From the NCBI GenBank assembly GCA_035515515.1, contig DATJBC010000108.1:1-63732 (forward strand): DNA of 63,732 nucleotides, in the 5' to 3' direction. Position 1 is the first letter of the stretch. Each line of letters opens with the position of its first letter. This document shows, one piece after another, positions 58,715 through 63,732 of the stretch. This stretch comes from Acidimicrobiales bacterium (lineage in GTDB: Bacteria > Actinomycetota > Acidimicrobiia > Acidimicrobiales > UBA8190). A program made the position numbers and the translations under genes. The notes below the pieces were generated by a model that was not told the DNA's origin, made no database searches, and worked only from the letters and a program-made list of their open reading frames with translations.

Positions 58715-59563
58715 TCAGCCCCCGGGCAGGGGCGGCAGGGGCACGCCGGCACCCCGGTAGGCCCGCTCGATGAAGGGCTGCGCCGTCTCCACCTGCGACG
58801 CCGGCGGGTGGTCGGCGAGGAACGCTTGGAACTGGTCGACGGCGTCGCCGTCGTCGCCGGCCGCCAGGTACATGGACCCGAGGTAGAGGTGCGGGGCGTA
58901 CGCCGAGGGCTGGGCGCGCACCGCGGCCTGCTCCCGGGACTCGGCGTCGTCGAGCACGGCGGTGCTCCCGGCCTGCACGCCGGCCTCGAACTCGAGCCAC
59001 CCCGACTGCGCCAGGGCGTCCACCTGGGTGGGGTCCTGGGCGAGCACCTGGTGGTACAGGCGCAGCGCCCCGGCGGCGTCGCCCTGCTGCTCGAGGGCCT
59101 CGGCCTGCGACAGCGTGCGCCGCACCTGCTCCGCCTTGCTCAGCTCGACCGTCCCCGACGCGGTCTGGCCGGGGAGGCGGCTGGCCGTGTGGGTGGCCAC
59201 CAGCACGACGGCCACCACCACGGCGGCGGCCACGAGGCCGCCACCCACCACCAGCCGGCGCCGCCGGGGCGCCGCACGGCCCCGGCGCGCCGGGGGCGCG
59301 TCCGGCCCGGCCCCGTCGCCGGGCCCGCCGGCCGCCCGCGGGGCCGCCGCCCCCCGGTGCGGGGCGGGGGCGCGGGGCGCGTCGTCGCCCTGGAGGGCGC
59401 GCAGCACCGCCGCGGCCCGGCGCGTGTAGCTGGCGCGCAGGGCGGCGTAGTCGTCGTCGGCCAGGTCGCCGGCGGCATGCTCGCGCTCGAGGTCCTCCAG
59501 GGAGTCGAGGAGAAAGGCGCGCTCGTCTTCGAGCGCGGGAGCGCTCGGGGCACAGCGCCTCAC
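58715..59563 (-). CDS. CcmI-like TPR protein (cytochrome c maturation accessory)
   Basis: GTG 59563 overlaps the ccmH stop (GTGA). Has an acidic helix, one TM helix LVVGGGLVAAAVVVAVVLV, and TPR-like repeats. Confidence 0.7.
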   Translation of the reverse strand: MRRCAPSAPALEDERAFLLDSLEDLEREHAAGDLADDDYAALRASYTRRAAAVLRALQGDDAPRAPAPHRGAAAPRAAGGPGDGAGPDAPPARRGRAAPRRRRLVVGGGLVAAAVVVAVVLVATHTASRLPGQTASGTVELSKAEQVRRTLSQAEALEQQGDAAGALRLYHQVLAQDPTQVDALAQSGWLEFEAGVQAGSTAVLDDAESREQAAVRAQPSAYAPHLYLGSMYLAAGDDGDAVDQFQAFLADHPPASQVETAQPFIERAYRGAGVPLPPLPGG

Positions 59564-60108
59564 GGCGCGCCCGCCCCGTGGCCCAGGGCGGGCCGGCGGG
59601 GCGCCGGGCCGCCGGCCACGGCGCGCGTCTCGAGCGCCCGGTCCACGAGCGCCCGGTCCACAAGCGCCCGGTCGTCGTCGGACACCGGCGCGCCCCCCAC
59701 GCGCCGACGGCGCCAGAACAGCGCCCCCAGCGCGGCGCCGGCCAGCCCCACCGCCAGCGGCGGCAGCACCCACACCCACACCGTGGGCCCGTGGGCGGGC
59801 GGGCGCAGCAGGATGCTCGGCCCGTAGCGGCTCACGACGTACGCCTCGATCTGGGCGTCGCTCTGCCCGGCCCGCACCCGGCTGGACACGGCCTGGCGGA
59901 TGGCGGCCGCTGTGGACGCCGAGGAGTTGGCCACCGAGATGCCCGCGCAGCTGGGGCAGCGCAGCCCGGCCTCGATGCGCGCGGCGCGCTGGGCGGCGCT
60001 GGGGGGCCCCGCCGGGCGGCCGGCGCCCACGGCCAGGGCGACGCCGACCACGACGGCCAGCACCACCCACGCCACCCAGCGCCAGGGTCGGCGGGGGGCC
60101 TCGGTCAC
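59560..60108 (-). CDS. ccmH: Cytochrome c-type biogenesis protein CcmH
   Basis: GTG 60108 follows GGGAGGGGG and overlaps the upstream stop. Contains LRCPSCAG (the CXXC motif), and a second TM helix. Confidence 0.85.
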   Translation of the reverse strand: MTEAPRRPWRWVAWVVLAVVVGVALAVGAGRPAGPPSAAQRAARIEAGLRCPSCAGISVANSSASTAAAIRQAVSSRVRAGQSDAQIEAYVVSRYGPSILLRPPAHGPTVWVWVLPPLAVGLAGAALGALFWRRRRVGGAPVSDDDRALVDRALVDRALETRAVAGGPAPRRPALGHGAGAP

Positions 60109-60710
60109 GTCCCCCTCCCCTGGGCCCGCGCCAGGGAGCGGTCGAGCAGCGCGGCCGTCATGGGCCCGTCGAAGTGCGCCACCACCTCGCCCTCCGGCGA
60201 CACGAGGAACGTCTCGGGCGGCCCCCGCACCCCGTACTGCAGCGCCGTCTGGCCGCCCGGGTCCACCACGGCCGGCCACGTCGCCCCCGACGACGCCATG
60301 AAGCGGCGCGCCGTCGAGGCGGCGTCGTCGAACACCACGCCCACCAGGGCGGCCGCCCCCGGGGCGCGGTGTGCATAGGCGAAGGCCACGAGCTCGGCCT
60401 GCTCCTGCTGGCAGGGCGGGCACCAGCTGGCGAAGAAGTTCACCACCACCCACCGGCCCCGCAGGGCCGAGAGGTGGAAGGCGCCCCCCGCCAGGGTGGC
60501 GCCGCCGATGGCGGGCGCCGCCTGCCCCACGAGGGGGGTGTCGACCTCGGTGGCCCCCTGGTCGGGGCTCGTGGCCAGCACGGCCACCAGGCCCGCCGCC
60601 ACCACCAGGACGCCCAGGGCCACCCACCGGGCGCTGTGGCGGCGCCCCGACGTCCCGGGGGGCGCCTCGGGCGCCGCCGGGGGCGCCAGGGCCACGTCGG
60701 GGACCGTCAT
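60105..60710 (-). CDS. ccmG: TlpA/DsbE/CcmG-family thiol:disulfide oxidoreductase
   Basis: ATG 60710 overlaps the ccmF stop (ATGA). Has a TM anchor and contains NFFASWCPPCQQE and GVRGPPETFLV. Confidence 0.85.
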   Translation of the reverse strand: MTVPDVALAPPAAPEAPPGTSGRRHSARWVALGVLVVAAGLVAVLATSPDQGATEVDTPLVGQAAPAIGGATLAGGAFHLSALRGRWVVVNFFASWCPPCQQEQAELVAFAYAHRAPGAAALVGVVFDDAASTARRFMASSGATWPAVVDPGGQTALQYGVRGPPETFLVSPEGEVVAHFDGPMTAALLDRSLARAQGRGT

Positions 60711-62803
60711 GGCGTGGCGGCCGGGACGGGCTCCTCGGACTCCGCCGTGCCGGGCGCCGGCTCCGCCTCGGGCGCCCCCTGCCCCGGCGCGCCCGGGGGG
60801 GCGGCGCCCGCCGGGGCGGCAGGGCGCGCCGCGCCCCGGGCCTCGGTCCCCGGCACGGGCGCCGAGGCGGGGTCGGTGGGGCGCCGCCGGCGCCCGGGGA
60901 CGGCGGCCAGCACCGCCCCCAGCACCACCAGGGCGCCCCCGCCCCACAGCCACATCACGAGGGGCTGGACCGTGACGCCGATGGTCACGGGGCCGCGCGC
61001 CTGCGTGGGCAGGGCGTCCACCGTCAGGTACACGTCGTCCTCGAGGCCCGAGTCGATGGCGGGCGTGCCCACCGGCTCGGCGCCCGACCCGAACTGGCTC
61101 ACGGCGGGACGCAGGGGCCCGCCGCCGTCGACGCGCACCACCGCCTCGGTGGCGGTGCGCACCGGGGACCGCACCACGGCCAGGTGCTCGTAGGAGATGC
61201 GGTGCCCGCCGCTCGTGGCCGACTGGCCGGGGCGCAGCGTGACCTCACCGCGGTGGCCGAACGACGTCGCCGCCGCCAGGGCGACGGCGATCACGACCAC
61301 GCCGAGGTGCACGACCATGCCCCCGTTGGCGCGCCCCACGAAGCCCCGCCACGCCCCCGCGCCGGCGCGGTGGGCGGCCCGGGTGGCCAGCGCCAGCTGC
61401 CGGAGGTTGGCCGCCGCCGCGAAGGCCCCCAGCCCGAAGGCGGCCAGCGGGGCCAGGCCCCGCACACCGCCCACGACGCACCCCACGATCACGAGCCCCC
61501 CCACCCAGGCCGGCACCACGAGGCGGTCGCGCACCACCGCCGGCCGTGCCTTGCGCCACGGCAGCGCGGGGCCGATGGCCATGAGGAACAACAGCGCCAG
61601 GCCGATGGGCAGCGCCATGGCGTCGAAGTAGGGCGCACCCACCGTCACCTGCTGGCCCCGGAAGGCCTCGTAGAGGAGCGGGAACACCGTGCCCAGCAGG
61701 ACGACGAAGGCGAACGCCACGAACAGCAGGTTGTTGACGAGGAAGGCGCCTTCGCGGCTGACGGGGGCGTCGATGCCCCCGGCGGCGCGCAGGCGGTCGC
61801 CCCGCCAGGCGATGAGGCCCACCCCGACGGCGAGCACCACGCCGAAGAAGCCGAGCAACAGCGGCCCGATGTCGGAGTCCGAGAAGGCGTGCACCGACTC
61901 GATGACCCCCGAGCGGGTGAGGAAGGTCCCCAGGATGGTGAGGCTGAAGGTGGCGACCACGAGCGATAGGTTCCACACCCGCAGCAGGCCGCGCCGCTCC
62001 TGGACGAGCACCGAGTGGAGGTAGGCGGTGGCGCACAGCCAGGGGAGGAACGAGGCGTTCTCGACGGGGTCCCAGGCCCAGAAGCCGCCCCATCCGAGCA
62101 CCTGGTACGACCACCACGCGCCGAGGACGATCCCCACCGTCAGGAACCCCCAGGCGAACAGCGACCAGCGGCGGGTGGCGAGCTGCCACCCCTCCCCGGT
62201 GCGCCCCGTCACGAGCGAGGCCAGCGCGAAGGCGAAGGGGATGGTGAAGCCCACGAAGCCGAGGTAGAGCACGGGCGGGTGGAACGCCACCAGGGCGTTG
62301 TCCTGCAGCAGCACGTTGGGCCCCAGCCCGTTGGCGGGCACCGCCCCGCTCACGGTGCGGAACGGGTCGGCGGGCCCGGCCATGAGCGCGAAGAAGAAGG
62401 CCGCCACCACCAGCGTGACGAGGGTGGCCCAGGCCACGAGGGGGTCGTCGGCCTGGCGGCGGAAGCGCCACACCATGGCCACGATGTAGCCGGCCAGGAT
62501 CAGTCCCCACAGCAAGATGGACCCCGCCAGCGCCGACCACATGCCGGTGACGGTGTAGAGCAGGGGCGTGGCCCGGCTGTTGTTGGCGGCCACGAAGGCC
62601 ACCGAGAAGTCGTGGGTGACGAGCGCCCGCTCCATGGCCACCGTGGCGAGCACGGCCCCGGCCAAGAGGAGCCAGGCGTAGACGCGTCCGGTGCGGGCGA
62701 TGTCGGGCCGCCGGCGCCACAGGCCGTAGACGATCACCCCCGCCCCCACCACCGACGCCGCCAGGCCCAGGAGGACGCCGCTGTGCCCCAGGGCGGCGTT
62801 CAC
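60707..62803 (-). CDS. ccmF: Heme lyase CcmF/NrfE
   Basis: 698 aa and polytopic. The WWD motif is WGGFWAWDPVENASFLPWL. GTG 62803 overlaps the ccmE stop. Confidence 0.95.
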   Translation of the reverse strand: MNAALGHSGVLLGLAASVVGAGVIVYGLWRRRPDIARTGRVYAWLLLAGAVLATVAMERALVTHDFSVAFVAANNSRATPLLYTVTGMWSALAGSILLWGLILAGYIVAMVWRFRRQADDPLVAWATLVTLVVAAFFFALMAGPADPFRTVSGAVPANGLGPNVLLQDNALVAFHPPVLYLGFVGFTIPFAFALASLVTGRTGEGWQLATRRWSLFAWGFLTVGIVLGAWWSYQVLGWGGFWAWDPVENASFLPWLCATAYLHSVLVQERRGLLRVWNLSLVVATFSLTILGTFLTRSGVIESVHAFSDSDIGPLLLGFFGVVLAVGVGLIAWRGDRLRAAGGIDAPVSREGAFLVNNLLFVAFAFVVLLGTVFPLLYEAFRGQQVTVGAPYFDAMALPIGLALLFLMAIGPALPWRKARPAVVRDRLVVPAWVGGLVIVGCVVGGVRGLAPLAAFGLGAFAAAANLRQLALATRAAHRAGAGAWRGFVGRANGGMVVHLGVVVIAVALAAATSFGHRGEVTLRPGQSATSGGHRISYEHLAVVRSPVRTATEAVVRVDGGGPLRPAVSQFGSGAEPVGTPAIDSGLEDDVYLTVDALPTQARGPVTIGVTVQPLVMWLWGGGALVVLGAVLAAVPGRRRRPTDPASAPVPGTEARGAARPAAPAGAAPPGAPGQGAPEAEPAPGTAESEEPVPAATP

Positions 62804-63279
62804 CGCACGCTCCCGTCGGGCGCCCGCACCCGGGTGGGGTGTTGCTCGATGTACTGGGCGCTGTGGTCCACGATGAGCTGGTCCGAGACGAACGTGGCGC
62901 CCTGGAAGTGGCCGACCACCACCACCGGGACGTCGGGCTGGAACAGCTGCGGCGGGTTGCCGTGGTTCACCACCGGCACCCGGTGGTGGGTGCCGGCCGC
63001 CACGAAGCGCACCCCGTCGTGCTGGCGGTGCACGGTCCCGGGGACCACCACGCCCTCGAGCCTGAAGGTGCGCGTGCCCAGGGTGGCCTTCTGCGCCAGG
63101 GCCTGGTCGACGGTCTCGAAGTAATTGAGCGACCCGCCCAGCCCCTCGACGAGGAGGAACACGAAGGCGCCCACCAGCACCGCCCCGACCGCGGCCAGGC
63201 GCCAGCGCGACACGGCGCGGCGCGGGCGGGCGCGGGGCGCCGGGGCGGGCGTGTCGGTGCCGGGGACGGTGACGGTCAC
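62800..63279 (-). CDS. ccmE: Heme chaperone CcmE
   Basis: GTG 63279 overlaps the ccmD stop. Has a TM anchor and an OB-fold, and VDHSAQY supplies the H-x3-Y heme-binding motif. Confidence 0.88.
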   Translation of the reverse strand: MTVTVPGTDTPAPAPRARPRRAVSRWRLAAVGAVLVGAFVFLLVEGLGGSLNYFETVDQALAQKATLGTRTFRLEGVVVPGTVHRQHDGVRFVAAGTHHRVPVVNHGNPPQLFQPDVPVVVVGHFQGATFVSDQLIVDHSAQYIEQHPTRVRAPDGSVR

Positions 63280-63404
63280 CGCGCGGGGGGCTTCGGGCGC
63301 GGGGCGGCCAGGCGCTCGAGGCGGCGCCCGCGCCGCCACAGGAGCGCGGCGTAGCCGGCCAGGACGCTCAGGGCGATGGCGTAGCCGGCGTCGATGTACC
63401 TCAT
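63276..63404 (-). CDS. ccmD: Heme exporter protein CcmD (small single-TM)
   Basis: ATG 63404 overlaps the ccmC stop (ATGA). MRYIDAGYAIALSVLAGYAALLWRRGRRLERL... is 42 aa, and its position between ccmC and ccmE fits. Confidence 0.55.
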   Translation of the reverse strand: MRYIDAGYAIALSVLAGYAALLWRRGRRLERLAAPRPKPPAR

Positions 63405-63732
63405 GGCGTCGGCGTGGTCACGAGCCCGGCGGCGTCGGCGCCCGCCGGCACCGGCTCGGCCGCCCGGGGGCCCTCGGACCACCGCTCGCGCAACGCCACG
63501 TCGAGGGCGCTGTCCTCGAGCTGCTCGGCCAGCACCTCGACGCGGTAGCGCACCACCAGCATCCACGCGAAGGCCAGGGTGAAGGCCACGAACCCCAGCA
63601 ACAGCGTCCACGCCATGACGCCGTGGATGGTCGGCGAGAAGTCGGGATTGATGACCGTCGCCTGTTGGTGCAGCGTGTGCCACCAGTTGACCGAGAAGTG
63701 GACGATGGGGACGTCCAGCGCGCTCACGAGCG
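63401..63732 (-). CDS. ccmC: Heme exporter protein CcmC; the 5' end lies beyond the right edge
   Basis: The C-terminal part reads ...VHFSVNWWHTLHQ..., followed by a final TM helix. The ORF is still open at the window end. Confidence 0.85.
   Translation of the reverse strand, partial: LVSALDVPIVHFSVNWWHTLHQQATVINPDFSPTIHGVMAWTLLLGFVAFTLAFAWMLVVRYRVEVLAEQLEDSALDVALRERWSEGPRAAEPVPAGADAAGLVTTPTP

Overview
High-GC window: hand counts of 100-nt samples give about 75-77% GC in typical genes. It is gene-dense, and I recognise no rRNA, tRNA, CRISPR array, transposase or integrase. The gene content points to Actinomycetota: WhiB, a PdtaS-like kinase, DUF3107 with paired ArsA-like ATPases, the histidine-phosphatase/DUF3090/SCO1664 triad, and F420-type enzymes. 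The class is not determinable from here; a deep-branching, Acidimicrobiia-like lineage is a guess. I call 63 protein-coding genes (one a frameshifted pseudogene), a TPP riboswitch upstream of thiC, two candidate operator sites, one hairpin terminator and two repeat features. Most genes are housekeeping or redox: aconitase, FtsH, ThiC, EtfAB, Bcp, Nei, UDG, Mrp and a cysteine desulfurase. There is also a lot of signalling: one Ser/Thr kinase, three histidine kinases, two stand-alone response regulators (plus a receiver domain fused to the hybrid kinase), one GGDEF protein, WhiB and HxlR. Many adjacent genes share 4-nt ATGA, GTGA or TTGA stop/start overlaps. The observations most worth a second look are these.
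- A translationally coupled System I (Ccm) cytochrome c maturation operon, in a phylum that normally uses System II.
- The uncharacterised phosphatase/DUF3090/kinase-like triad.
- A cysteine desulfurase whose conserved N-terminus lies upstream of any ATG, GTG or TTG and begins 3 nt after the in-frame TGA of a SufR-like regulator.
- A small ORF that reads through the thiC TPP aptamer.
- An FrhB-like Fe-S flavoprotein wedged between two base-excision repair genes.
- A GH43 enzyme fused to six 41-aa repeats.
- A 3.8-kb lower-GC ABC transporter plus two-component island.
No single cluster is demonstrably a new system from sequence alone. All family assignments are by motif recognition from hand-read translations, not by database search.
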